64,000 nucleotides of DNA from Candidatus Saccharimonadales bacterium (GCA_041600715.1 JBFIJM010000001.1:387-64386), one strand, 5' to 3'; counted from the stretch's first letter, positions 1 to 9,002 are shown. Program-made: numbers and translations. The notes: generated from the sequence alone by a model not told the origin.

Positions 1-1
1 C

Positions 2-3000
2 GGATTAACCTTTACCAGCGGTAACCTAGCTCTAGGCGGAGGCAATATAAGCGACGTTGGAACACTCGGTCTCTCCGGTGCCATCACCGGCGCAACAGCT
101 ACTAACACTATCAACGGCCTGATAATTAACTCGGGTGCCTTAAGTGGTATAACAGGCATAACCTTCACTAGTGGTGGTCTAAACCTAAACAGTGGAGGCA
201 TTACAAATGCTGGGGCTATAGCAGGGGCAACAACCATCTCTGCTTCTGGTTTGGTTACATCAGTTGGTCTCACCTCTGGTAGCGGGTTGATCCAAGGCAC
301 TGGTGGTCTAACTATTACTGGTGCCACAAACATCAATACAAGCGGTTCAACAGTAGTAAATATCGGTAATGCATCCACTCCGCTTACTATTACTTCAACA
401 GGCTTCAAAGTTACTTCTGGTGGTGCTATTACGGGAGTATCTACACTCGGTCTCTCCGGTGCCATCACCGGCGCAACAGCCACCAACACCATCAACGGTC
501 TAATAATTAACTCGGGTGCCTTAAGTGGTATAACAGGCATAACTTTCACTAGTGGCGCACTCAACCTAAACAGTGGTGGTATTACCAACACAGGCTCTAT
601 CGCTGGTGCCACTACACTTAACCTGTCCGGTGCCATAACGGGCGCAACAGCCACCAACACCATCAACGGTCTAATAATTAACTCGGGTGCCTTAAGTGGT
701 ATAACTGGTTATAGTCAGTCAAGCGGTAACTTCGCAATAAGCGGAACCGGAACATTCAGCACTGGTACCGGCGTGCTTACATTGAACGGGGCAACAAGTA
801 TAAGCGGATCTAATAACTTTAGTGTCGGCACTGGAACTGCAATATTCGGGGGGCGCATTAATGCTAATGCAGGAATCACAGTAGCTACCGGTCAAAGTCT
901 CACAGTCAACGGGGATGCGTTGACTGATTTAGTAGGTAACGGACTACAAAACACTGCAGGTGTACTTACTATCGATGCAACCACTGCTGGTACGGTAGCA
1001 GGTACCGGCTCAAACTCCGGTCTAGTGGTGTCAGCTGACGGGCTGAGTCTGCTCCGAGGTTGTGCCAATAACCAAATTCTTAAGTGGTCGACTACCGGAC
1101 CACAATGGAACTGCGCAGCAGATAATACGGGCGTATCTGATTCACGAGTTAAGAAAAATGTCGTAACTATTAATGATAATATTCTCGATACATTAAAAAA
1201 TATACGAGTTGTTGAGTTTGATTACATTTGTGAAAGTCCAGCGTTTGACACTCAGCATTGTGATATAGACCATCAGTTTGGAGTAATCGCTCAAGAGCTA
1301 CAGGCTCTCTTCCCTGAACTAGTGTTTGAAGACGCGAATGGTTATCTAAACGTTCGTTATGACATGCTTGGTATCTATAATCTCAAAGCAGTCACTAGAT
1401 TAGCTACACTGTTAAGCTATAACGGGGACGCTTGGTTAAACAATGTCAGTACGGGCAATACACTCCGCCTTACCAGCACCGGTCAGCTGCAAAACATCAC
1501 AGGACTCTCTATTACCTCAGGGGGTGCATCTATAGTGGGAGGTATAAACAACAATAACGGCGGTCTTACTAATACGGGGAGTATCGCGGGCGCTAGTACC
1601 ATAAACGCATCGGGGCTTATTACGACTACGGGTGGTCTTGTTACTTCTGGCGCAACAAGCAATATTAACGTTAGCTCTAACTTTGCAACGAATATTAATA
1701 CTGGCACTAGCACAGGAGCAATTAATATAGGTAATGGAACTGCTTCTAATACGGTCAATATAGGGAACGGTCTTACAGCTTTCTCATTGAATTCAACAGG
1801 GGTTGATATATCAAGTGCTGGTGTGATCAGTGGTATCACGGGATTATCCGCAAACGGCAACACTGGCAGTACTATCGCAACGTGTACAGCAGGTCAGTAT
1901 ATAGGTAATGGTGTGCGTGTAGATAATGGAATAATTACTGCAGGAACCTGTCGTAACGACGCGTCAGGTATCTCGGATGAGAGAGTTAAGAAAGATGTAG
2001 CCAGTGTAGGCTCTATTCTAGATAGGATAGCTGATATAAACGTCGTGAGCTTTAACTTCAAAGTATCTGAAATGCCACAACTTAATCTAGATCACGGCTT
2101 GCAGTACGGTGTTATTGCACAGCAACTAGAGCAGTTATTCCCAGAGCTTGTATCGCAACGTGAAGACGGATATAAAGAGGTGAACTTCCAAGGACTCAGC
2201 TTTTACAATCTCAAGGCGGTGAGTGAAATAGCTCAATACATAAATGCAGATGGTAGCGCGAGACTCCACAAGCTAAATGTTTCTGGAAACGTTAATGTAG
2301 CTGGCGTGCTGGAGGTTGGAACACTTCGGGTAGACAATATCGAAGGTCTTGATTATCTAGGCCGTATCGACGACCTGGAGAACCAGATCAATAGTAACGA
2401 AGCCCGCCTAACAGCGGTTGAGAATAACCAAAACCTTAATTTAGACCTAAATAACATTACATTAGGTAAGCTCACGGCAACTGCAGATACCTCTCTCCAG
2501 AAGCTAACCGTAAATCTTGATCTCATTGCGAAAGGTGCAATGGTTGTTAATGGCAATGCTACCTTCAAAGAAGCGGTACGATTCGAGAAAGATGTATTAT
2601 TTGAAGGGCAGATTAATGTTCTTGGCTACGCTAATGTACAGGGATTAACTGTAAATCTAGACCTTATTGTTAAGGGGTCAATGGTAGTCGAAGGCAATGC
2701 TACCTTCAAAGAAGCGGTACGATTCGAGAAAGATGCGCTTTTCGAAGGAGACGTTGCTGTGAAAGGTCAAACCACCTTCAATAACGATACTGCTGGTTTG
2801 GTCACCGTGAAGGCAGGGAGTACCACAACACAGGTCACCTTTGATAAAGAGAAGTCAAGGCCACCTATTATCGCTTTGACACTGGGCAATGGTAAGTTCG
2901 CTCAATACAGCTACCGTAATGTTACTAGCCAAGGGTTTGAAGTAGTGTTGGCGACTCCTGCGTTAGAAGACTTGACCTTCTCCTGGGTAGCTATTCAGAC

Positions 3001-3031
3001 TGAAGAAGTAGCCGGGGTAACAGCCCCTTGA
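2..3031 (+). CDS. Tail-fibre-like cell-surface protein (5' end outside window) with two internal peptidase-S74-type intramolecular chaperone domains and an H-type-lectin-like C-terminus
   Basis: The frame of track ORF 251..3031 stays open back to nt 2, so the track start is an internal TTG. G/T/S/N-rich fibre-like repeats. Two SD[SE]RVKK...GVIAQ[EQ]L..LFPELV...YNLKAV segments. Coiled-coil-like DDLENQINSNEARLTAVENN. Duplicated NATFKEAVRFEKD unit. C-terminal VTFDKEKSRPPII..NVTSQGFEVV..FSWVAIQ pattern. Confidence 0.8.
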   Translation, partial: GLTFTSGNLALGGGNISDVGTLGLSGAITGATATNTINGLIINSGALSGITGITFTSGGLNLNSGGITNAGAIAGATTISASGLVTSVGLTSGSGLIQGTGGLTITGATNINTSGSTVVNIGNASTPLTITSTGFKVTSGGAITGVSTLGLSGAITGATATNTINGLIINSGALSGITGITFTSGALNLNSGGITNTGSIAGATTLNLSGAITGATATNTINGLIINSGALSGITGYSQSSGNFAISGTGTFSTGTGVLTLNGATSISGSNNFSVGTGTAIFGGRINANAGITVATGQSLTVNGDALTDLVGNGLQNTAGVLTIDATTAGTVAGTGSNSGLVVSADGLSLLRGCANNQILKWSTTGPQWNCAADNTGVSDSRVKKNVVTINDNILDTLKNIRVVEFDYICESPAFDTQHCDIDHQFGVIAQELQALFPELVFEDANGYLNVRYDMLGIYNLKAVTRLATLLSYNGDAWLNNVSTGNTLRLTSTGQLQNITGLSITSGGASIVGGINNNNGGLTNTGSIAGASTINASGLITTTGGLVTSGATSNINVSSNFATNINTGTSTGAINIGNGTASNTVNIGNGLTAFSLNSTGVDISSAGVISGITGLSANGNTGSTIATCTAGQYIGNGVRVDNGIITAGTCRNDASGISDERVKKDVASVGSILDRIADINVVSFNFKVSEMPQLNLDHGLQYGVIAQQLEQLFPELVSQREDGYKEVNFQGLSFYNLKAVSEIAQYINADGSARLHKLNVSGNVNVAGVLEVGTLRVDNIEGLDYLGRIDDLENQINSNEARLTAVENNQNLNLDLNNITLGKLTATADTSLQKLTVNLDLIAKGAMVVNGNATFKEAVRFEKDVLFEGQINVLGYANVQGLTVNLDLIVKGSMVVEGNATFKEAVRFEKDALFEGDVAVKGQTTFNNDTAGLVTVKAGSTTTQVTFDKEKSRPPIIALTLGNGKFAQYSYRNVTSQGFEVVLATPALEDLTFSWVAIQTEEVAGVTAP
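62..235 (+). repeat. Intragenic 174-nt (58-aa) repeat, dispersed copy A
   Basis: TLGLSGAITGATATNTINGLIINSGALSGITGITFTSGGLNLNSGGITN.G.IAGATT. It is nearly identical at nucleotide level to 443..616. Confidence 0.85.
443..709 (+). repeat. Intragenic tandem repeat, copies B and C (partial), period 171-174 nt
   Basis: Copy B is 443..616 and partial copy C is 617..709. They share long identical nucleotide runs, for example caccaacaccatcaacggtctaataattaactcgggtgccttaagtggtataac. Confidence 0.85.
1136..1414 (+). other. Peptidase S74 / endosialidase-chaperone-like domain, copy 1
   Basis: SDSRVKKNVVTINDNILDTLKNIRVVEFDY...HQFGVIAQELQALFPELVFEDANGYLNVRYDMLGIYNLKAVTRLA. Ser and the Lys five residues later (the catalytic dyad spacing of the family) are present. 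Preceded by C..ILKW....W.C..D. Confidence 0.75.
1973..2233 (+). other. Peptidase S74 / endosialidase-chaperone-like domain, copy 2
   Basis: SDERVKKDVASVGSILDRIADINVVSFNF...LQYGVIAQQLEQLFPELVSQREDGYKEVNFQGLSFYNLKAVSEIA. The Ser/Lys(+5) dyad is present and a Cys pair precedes it. Confidence 0.75.
2504..2749 (+). repeat. Two 141-nt-period coding repeats (LTVNLDLI.KG.MVV.GNATFKEAVRFEKD.LFEG)
   Basis: Units start at 2504 and 2645. An identical 43-nt core ggcaatgctaccttcaaagaagcggtacgattcgagaaagatg occurs at 2552-2594 and 2693-2735. Confidence 0.85.
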
Positions 3032-3094
3032 TTGTTAAGAATAGATTAGCTATGCTGTTAAGCATAAGAGATTAATATAAGAGGGAGTGCCGTA

Positions 3095-3556
3095 GTGGCT
3101 AAATCTGATTCTTCGACTAAAGTAGAAAAGACAACTAAGAAAAGTAAATTCAATAAAACATATGCAATTATTGTGGTGTTAGTACTGTTAATCGCAGGCG
3201 GAAGCTATGTTGCATATAATAAGTATGACGATCTAAAGCAAGAGAATCAGCGACTTTCTGATCCACAAGAAGCAGCAAAGTCAGAGACACAACGTATAAA
3301 AAATGAAATTGCTAAGCTCATCGAAGTCCCGACCGATGAAGAACCTACTATCGCAACAGTTGTAGACCCTAAAAAACTAGGCGATCAAGCATTCTTCACT
3401 AACGCTCAAAAGGATGACCGTGTTGTTATCTACGCTCAAGCCAAAAAAGCAATACTGTATCGACCCAGTACTAAGCGTATTATAGAAGTTGCACCACTTA
3501 ACATTGGTGATAATCAGACTACAAACAAGCAACCAGCTTCAACAGAAGCAAGATAG
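3095..3556 (+). CDS. Hypothetical membrane-anchored protein (single N-terminal TM)
   Basis: GTG start with GAGGGAG 7 nt upstream. Basic N-terminus followed by YAIIVVLVLLIAGGSYVAY. No family recognised. Confidence 0.6.
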   Translation: MAKSDSSTKVEKTTKKSKFNKTYAIIVVLVLLIAGGSYVAYNKYDDLKQENQRLSDPQEAAKSETQRIKNEIAKLIEVPTDEEPTIATVVDPKKLGDQAFFTNAQKDDRVVIYAQAKKAILYRPSTKRIIEVAPLNIGDNQTTNKQPASTEAR

Positions 3557-3620
3557 AAACAAGCTTAAGTGTTTGACATGCGACCACTAGTGTGCTATTA
3601 TTAGCCTAGTTTCGTTCAAA

Positions 3621-3660
3621 AAGAGGGTTCTTCTGAGAAATCAGAAGGCCCTCTTTGTAT
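3621..3660 (+). terminator. Stem-loop after the 3095..3556 gene
   Basis: AAGAGGG-tt-CTTCTGA GAAA TCAGAAG-g-CCCTCTT, two 7-bp helices. The downstream T-tract is weak. Confidence 0.55.
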
Positions 3661-3702
3661 TACGACTCTATATAAGACTTATATAATAAGGAGTGTCACA
3701 CT

Positions 3703-3903
3703 ATGGCAGGTACAAAATTAGGCGGTAAAGCGGCTGCTTCAACAAACAAGAACAAGTATGGTTCTGACTTCTATGCACGTATTGGTGCAATGGGCGGTAA
3801 AAAAGGTAAAACCGGTGGATTCTTTGCCAACCGAGAACTTGCACGTGCTGCTGGTGCTAAAGGTGGCCGAATTAGCCGACGCACTAAAAAAGTAGAAGCC
3901 TAA
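3703..3903 (+). CDS. KGG-repeat general-stress-type small protein (YciG/GsiB-like)
   Basis: AAGGAG SD. The sequence GGKKGKTGGFFANRELARAAGAKGGRIS fits the GG..GGF...A..AG.KGG stress-induced repeat pattern. Confidence 0.6.
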   Translation: MAGTKLGGKAAASTNKNKYGSDFYARIGAMGGKKGKTGGFFANRELARAAGAKGGRISRRTKKVEA

Positions 3904-3922
3904 ATTTAAGTTAGGTTAACTA

Positions 3923-3954
3923 ACAAAGACACCCGGCTAACTGGGTGTCTTTGT
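3923..3954. terminator. Shared hairpin between convergent genes (bidirectional terminator candidate)
   Basis: ACAAAGACACCC-ggctaact-GGGTGTCTTTGT, a 12-bp perfect stem followed by ATTTATT. It overlaps the last codons of the minus-strand gene. Confidence 0.65.
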
Positions 3955-4401
3955 ATTTATTCTGTAGGATCTGCAGAATCTTGATTTGCTTACCCTCCAC
4001 TGCTGACCACAGTTGACGCATATATATGTGGAGTTATCTGTCTGTAGCCCCGTTTGCGAACATCTCGTGCAGGAACTACGTTTGTGTAACCAGTCTCTAT
4101 AACTATCAAGACAGTCTTCTATGTAGTCGTTTTCAATGGTTATATTATAATTCTTGGAAAGCTGTTTGGCATAAGTCCATGCCTCAGACTCCATTTTTAG
4201 AAGCTCTAGATCGTTTTTATATGTACTATGGCCTGCCTGCATATGCCCAATTTCATGCAGTACAGACCAGAGTATGTTTGGTTGCTCGAGATTATAGAAA
4301 ATCTGTTTTGATTTAGGATCCCATCTTGATTTGTTTGACGCTACAAACTTAACGTCTCTGTAATCTATCCTTATTTGTTGTAATATTTGCTTGTCTGTCA
4401 T
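3937..4401 (-). CDS. Putative zinc metallopeptidase (HExxH) with C-terminal CxxC...CxxC zinc ribbon (SprT/ImmA-like)
   Basis: VLHEIGHMQAGH motif. C-terminal CTRCSQTG...YICVNCGQQW. Confidence 0.5.
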   Translation of the reverse strand: MTDKQILQQIRIDYRDVKFVASNKSRWDPKSKQIFYNLEQPNILWSVLHEIGHMQAGHSTYKNDLELLKMESEAWTYAKQLSKNYNITIENDYIEDCLDSYRDWLHKRSSCTRCSQTGLQTDNSTYICVNCGQQWRVSKSRFCRSYRINTKTPS

Positions 4402-4637
4402 GGTAGCTATTGATCAGATTAAAATTTGTTCACTGATACTATTGATAAGTGTAACACGCATGCCCTAACTCTTTACATATGGGCGTTTAACAGATATCTC
4501 TCCGAGATATCGTCCGGTACTCGGTAAATCAAAGCAAGACTTTGATTTACCTCTGTTACTCTGATATAATATCTTTTAAGTCTGAACGGAGTACCAATCT
4601 ACGGATTGCCGCAGAAAATAAGGAGGCATGTAACAAC

Positions 4638-5699
4638 ATGTCAAAAGCAGTAACTATGGATGATCTACTTGCAGGTAGTGATATCCAACAATTAAAAACA
4701 GGAGATGTAATCGACGGAACGATTACGTCTGTTAAAAAACACGAGGTATGGGTAGATCTTGGCCCACATGGCGTTGGTGTTGTAATGCGACGCGAAATCG
4801 GTCATGGCCAAAGTCTCGAAGTTGGCCAGAGTGTCACTACTAGTGTTGTAGACCCAGAAATGGACGAGGGCTACTCTCTACTCAGTGTTCGACGCGCAGC
4901 GAAGGACCGAGGCTGGGACGAGCTTCAACGCGTATTCGAATCCGGCGAAGCAATCGAAGTTTCACCTTACGATGCAAACCGCGGGGGGTTATTAGTAGAA
5001 CTAGAAGGCATCAGGGGCTTTTTGCCAGTTTCCCAACTAGCAGCAGGTAACTATCCTCGAGTTTCAGGGGCTGATAAAGATGAAATTCTTCAGAAACTCA
5101 ACTCACTAGTTAACAAGCAAATAAAAGTTCGTATCCTTGATGTAAGCCGTAAGGACAACAAGCTGATCTTCTCTGAAAAAGAAGCTGTAAAGGACGATAC
5201 TCAGGCTCTTTTCTCTAAGCTTGCAGTAGGTGATATGGTGAAGGGTCTTGTAACAGGCGTTATTGACTTCGGTGCGTTCGTAAATGTTGACGGTATCGAA
5301 GGTTTAATCCATATATCTGAAATTTCATGGGAACGTGTAGAGAACCCGCGTGACTATATAAAGAATGGTGACCAAGTTGACGCCAAGATCATCGCCATCG
5401 ATAAAGATCGGCTTAGCCTTAGTCTTAAGCAGACAAAAGAAGATCCTTGGCTCAACGAAGTGAAAGCCTTTAAAAAAGGTGACACAGTAGAAGGCAAAAT
5501 CACTCGAATTACCCCATTTGGTGCATTTGTACAGCTTAGCGCTAGCGTTGAAGCCTTAGTACATGTTTCAGAAATGAGCAGTGACGATTCTGTTGACCCT
5601 GAAAAAGTGTTCCAGTTGAACGAGAAAAAAGAGTTTAAGGTGCTTGATATCGATACCGAATCACGCAAGATTGCTCTAAGTCTCAAAGAATCAAAATAA
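4638..5699 (+). CDS. rpsA: 30S ribosomal protein S1 (short, four S1 domains)
   Basis: Repeated S1/OB units (G.V..G.V..V...G.FV.L. .G..H.SE). The ATG at 4638 is preceded by AGGAGG (4621-4626), so the track start at 4542 is judged an upstream extension. Confidence 0.9.
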   Translation: MSKAVTMDDLLAGSDIQQLKTGDVIDGTITSVKKHEVWVDLGPHGVGVVMRREIGHGQSLEVGQSVTTSVVDPEMDEGYSLLSVRRAAKDRGWDELQRVFESGEAIEVSPYDANRGGLLVELEGIRGFLPVSQLAAGNYPRVSGADKDEILQKLNSLVNKQIKVRILDVSRKDNKLIFSEKEAVKDDTQALFSKLAVGDMVKGLVTGVIDFGAFVNVDGIEGLIHISEISWERVENPRDYIKNGDQVDAKIIAIDKDRLSLSLKQTKEDPWLNEVKAFKKGDTVEGKITRITPFGAFVQLSASVEALVHVSEMSSDDSVDPEKVFQLNEKKEFKVLDIDTESRKIALSLKESK

Positions 5700-5730
5700 G
5701 TACGTAAATGAAAGGTAAGGGAGCATACAT

Positions 5731-7488
5731 ATGTCTCGAACAATCCAAATCGAAGACGGCATCACTGTCGGCGCCCTTGCCGATAAGTTAGAAATACCTG
5801 TAACCACACTAATTGGTGAGCTATTTAAGAACGGTATAATGGCTACTGTTAACGAACGAATAGATTTCGATACGGCAACTATTATTGTCGAAGAACTCGA
5901 TGTACAAGACGTGACTTTAGAGAGGCAAGTTGTCGAGTCCACTCCGCTACATAAGAAAGAAAAGAATCTTACTGGCGATACCCGACCACCTGTTGTTGCT
6001 GTAATGGGTCATGTTGACCACGGCAAAACATCATTACTAGATGCAATTTGCGGGAGCAAGGTAGCTAGTGGTGAAGCAGGTGGAATTACTCAACATATAT
6101 CTGCTTATCAAGTCAAACGAGGCGACCGTAGTATTACTTTCCTTGATACCCCAGGTCACGAGGCGTTCGCTGCCATCCGCGAACACGGCGCTCATCTAAC
6201 CGATGTAGTGGTTATCGTTGTCGCTGGAGACGACGGCATTAAACCACAAACTGTCGAAGCAATACGATTCGCCACCAAAGCTGGCGCTAAGATTGTGGTT
6301 GCTATCAACAAAATGGACAAAGAAGGCGCGGATGCAAATCGTGTTAAACAACAGCTTAGTGAGCACAACCTACTTATTGAGGAGTGGGGTGGTGACACAG
6401 TAGTGGTAGAGGTATCTGCTCATACTAAAGATGGAATCGACAAACTTCTAGACATGATTCTACTCGTATCTGATGTAGAGGAGCTAAAAGCTGACGTAGA
6501 CGTTCCCGCTAAGGGCTTAATCATCGAGGCTCACATGGAACAGGGCAGAGGTCCTGTTGCAGTCGCTTTAGTGGAATCTGGAACCCTTAAAAAAGGCGAT
6601 TTTATAGTTGCCGGCAGTACGTATGCAAAGCTTCGTAACCTAGAGTCAACAAAAGGTGAGCCACTAGTTCATGCACTGCCTTCCACTCCAGTTAAAGTTA
6701 CTGGCTTTAAATCATTACCAGAATTCGGTAATGAATTCCAAGTAGTTGCCACAGAAAAGGCAGCTCGCGCTCTCGCTGAACAACAGGAACAATCAAGCGC
6801 AACCTCACATACAGGAAACGACATAAGCAGTAGCGAACTAATCCGTAAGATTAACCGCTCTAAAGAATTAAATGAACGCAATATTATTATTAAAGCAGAC
6901 GTCCAAGGCTCTCTTACCTCTGTGATCGACAGTCTTAAAACACTTAATACTGATGAAGTGGCTACTAGGGTCGTAGGTTCTGGAGTGGGAGTTATTACTG
7001 AAAAGGATCTACATTTAGCATCAACCAGTGACGCAATCATTTATGGTTTCAGCGTGGAAGTCCCGACTAGTATTCGCCAGCTTGCCGCCCGCGATAAAGT
7101 ATCTCTCCGTATGTTTAGTGTTATCTATGAGCTTATTGATGATGTTCGTAGTGAACTAACAAAATTACTACCCCCTGAGATTATTCGCACCGAATTCGGA
7201 CGACTCATTGTTCGAGGTGTATTTAAGATTACCAAAACAGATGTGATCTGTGGCGGTGAAGTAACTAAGGGTAAGCTTGTAGTCCCGGCTCGTGCTAGTG
7301 TGGTTCGGGATGGAGAGACTATCGCAGATGTTGAGATTACTAGTCTAAAACGGGGCCCTCAAGAAGCTAAAGAAGTTCAGACTAACGAAATGTGTGGAGT
7401 GAGCTTCAAATCAGAGTCGCGAGTTGACATAAAAGAAGGTGACCAGCTCGAATTTTACAGCATAGAAACGAAAGAACGAACTCTCTAA
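5731..7488 (+). CDS. infB: Translation initiation factor IF-2 (short N-terminus)
   Basis: GHVDHGKTSLLD, DTPGHEAF and NKMD G-motifs. AAGGGAG SD. Confidence 0.95.
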   Translation: MSRTIQIEDGITVGALADKLEIPVTTLIGELFKNGIMATVNERIDFDTATIIVEELDVQDVTLERQVVESTPLHKKEKNLTGDTRPPVVAVMGHVDHGKTSLLDAICGSKVASGEAGGITQHISAYQVKRGDRSITFLDTPGHEAFAAIREHGAHLTDVVVIVVAGDDGIKPQTVEAIRFATKAGAKIVVAINKMDKEGADANRVKQQLSEHNLLIEEWGGDTVVVEVSAHTKDGIDKLLDMILLVSDVEELKADVDVPAKGLIIEAHMEQGRGPVAVALVESGTLKKGDFIVAGSTYAKLRNLESTKGEPLVHALPSTPVKVTGFKSLPEFGNEFQVVATEKAARALAEQQEQSSATSHTGNDISSSELIRKINRSKELNERNIIIKADVQGSLTSVIDSLKTLNTDEVATRVVGSGVGVITEKDLHLASTSDAIIYGFSVEVPTSIRQLAARDKVSLRMFSVIYELIDDVRSELTKLLPPEIIRTEFGRLIVRGVFKITKTDVICGGEVTKGKLVVPARASVVRDGETIADVEITSLKRGPQEAKEVQTNEMCGVSFKSESRVDIKEGDQLEFYSIETKERTL

Positions 7489-7503
7489 GAGCTTAGGTTT
7501 CTT

Positions 7504-8940
7504 ATGAATCACGATCAAACCCCTCGGTGGGATGGAGATCAAAACGAGGAGAACAACTCTTACGACGTTTCGTCAGCTGACGAATCAGCTCAGGAATCTA
7601 CTCAATCGTGGTTATATGAATCTCATGATGACGACGAGGAAGCAGAATCAGCAGACGGTACCAAGAAGAAGAAAAGGTTTCGTAAACTTTTTAAGCGCTT
7701 ATTTCCAGCCATTGCATCTAAAGAAGAGGGGGAGCCACTTGCCAGATCACGATTTGAAAATTTCTTTTCCCCTCAAAAAGAACCAGAAACTACGCCGACC
7801 AACGTTACTGGTCTACGATCTGAGGCCGAACAACATAATGAGCCTTCCGGTGACAATGAGCAGACCAGTACAACATACGAAGCAGAGGGTGCTACTGGTG
7901 AAGCCTATAATGTGCAAGACAATGAATACGAATATAAAACAAAACCCGAGCCAATAGAACAGTCAGCTGATGTACTTCCCGAGCTGAACGTCCCTATAAT
8001 TGATCAAGCCAATTATTCAAACGATGCGCCCCCATCGCCACCACCTATATTCGATCAGACAATCTATACGAATGAAAAAAACCCTAAGTCTACCATGATA
8101 GATAAAATAAAAGCGCCATTAGCTTTAGTGACCTCTGGGGCGATATTAGCGGGAGAATACTTTGGTCGTAGGCGCGAACGAAAGCTAAGAAAAAGAGCAA
8201 AAAATCTGGAGAAACAATCGCTTGCACAGAAAAAAGAGCTGTTAACTCAAAAGAAAAAAGAGGAAGAACTGACAGAAAAAATCAATCGACAAGATAAAAA
8301 GATAGATCAACTTGAGAGTATATCTAAACACCCAGTAAAAGTGGAAGAAAAACCAGTCCTAGTTACGGAATACATCACTCCTGCAATAAGCCGTCTCGAG
8401 GCGCCTGATATTGAGGCCATACCTACTGAAAAAGAAAATAGACAGATAGACGATAGCCAAGAACAAGTTAATCAACCACATGCAAAGGAAGCTATAGAAG
8501 CTATAAAAATCAAGGAGCTAGAGGCTGACGAACATGTGCCTGACGAACCTCTTGAATTTATCGAAAAGAAGAAGGAAAAAGAACAGAACAAAAAAGAAAC
8601 CCACAGTATTATTCCTGAGCAGAAATATGTTCCGAGGGAACCCGTAGAAAAACGTAAAGAGATAGACTTTAGCAGGCACGAATTCAGGGATGAGCCCACA
8701 AAGGGTGCATCCTCGTTACGTACAGGCAGTTCTGGCCAATTCGGTCCAGCCGTAGCAATAGGGTCGGTACTTGCAGAAAAGAATATTCCTAAGCCACCAA
8801 ACAACGATGTTATATTTGAAACAACCAGAACTATGACGCCAAACAAACCTCCCACGTCGATATATCAGCAATCTATTAGCGCAGGAATGGCATTAGGCGT
8901 GATTATAACAGCCGTTATTGCTTTATATACTCTGTTATAA
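7504..8940 (+). CDS. Hypothetical acidic, K/E-rich low-complexity membrane protein (internal TM plus C-terminal tail anchor)
   Basis: D/E-rich N-terminus, PPSPPP, the hydrophobic segment APLALVTSGAILAGEYFG, a K/E coiled-coil-like stretch, and a terminal GMALGVIITAVIALYTLL. Confidence 0.55.
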   Translation: MNHDQTPRWDGDQNEENNSYDVSSADESAQESTQSWLYESHDDDEEAESADGTKKKKRFRKLFKRLFPAIASKEEGEPLARSRFENFFSPQKEPETTPTNVTGLRSEAEQHNEPSGDNEQTSTTYEAEGATGEAYNVQDNEYEYKTKPEPIEQSADVLPELNVPIIDQANYSNDAPPSPPPIFDQTIYTNEKNPKSTMIDKIKAPLALVTSGAILAGEYFGRRRERKLRKRAKNLEKQSLAQKKELLTQKKKEEELTEKINRQDKKIDQLESISKHPVKVEEKPVLVTEYITPAISRLEAPDIEAIPTEKENRQIDDSQEQVNQPHAKEAIEAIKIKELEADEHVPDEPLEFIEKKKEKEQNKKETHSIIPEQKYVPREPVEKRKEIDFSRHEFRDEPTKGASSLRTGSSGQFGPAVAIGSVLAEKNIPKPPNNDVIFETTRTMTPNKPPTSIYQQSISAGMALGVIITAVIALYTLL

Positions 8941-8973
8941 AATTGCTATTTATCCAACAATAGGTCAATATAG

Positions 8974-9002
8974 TTGACTTTTAGTGTTAAAAATGCTAAT
9001 AT
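8974..9002 (+). promoter_or_regulatory. Sigma-70-type promoter for the 9053 gene
   Basis: TTGACT (8974-8979), a 17-nt spacer, then TGcTAATAT (-10 hexamer at 8997-9002). An AAGGAA SD lies before the ATG at 9053. Confidence 0.6.

Noticed and set aside
62-709. The regularly spaced near-identical repeats could be mistaken for a CRISPR-like array
   Set aside because: The units are 171-174 nt, in frame and translated as part of one ORF. There are no short unique spacers, no leader and no cas genes.
4026-4316. 96-aa plus-strand ORF overlapping the HExxH gene, and similar overlapping ORFs (7532-7957 +, 10771-11001 -, 50401-50820 -)
   Set aside because: Each lies inside a longer ORF that has motif support or better start context. 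The overlapping frames have no recognisable motifs and have low-complexity or Cys/Trp-rich translations.
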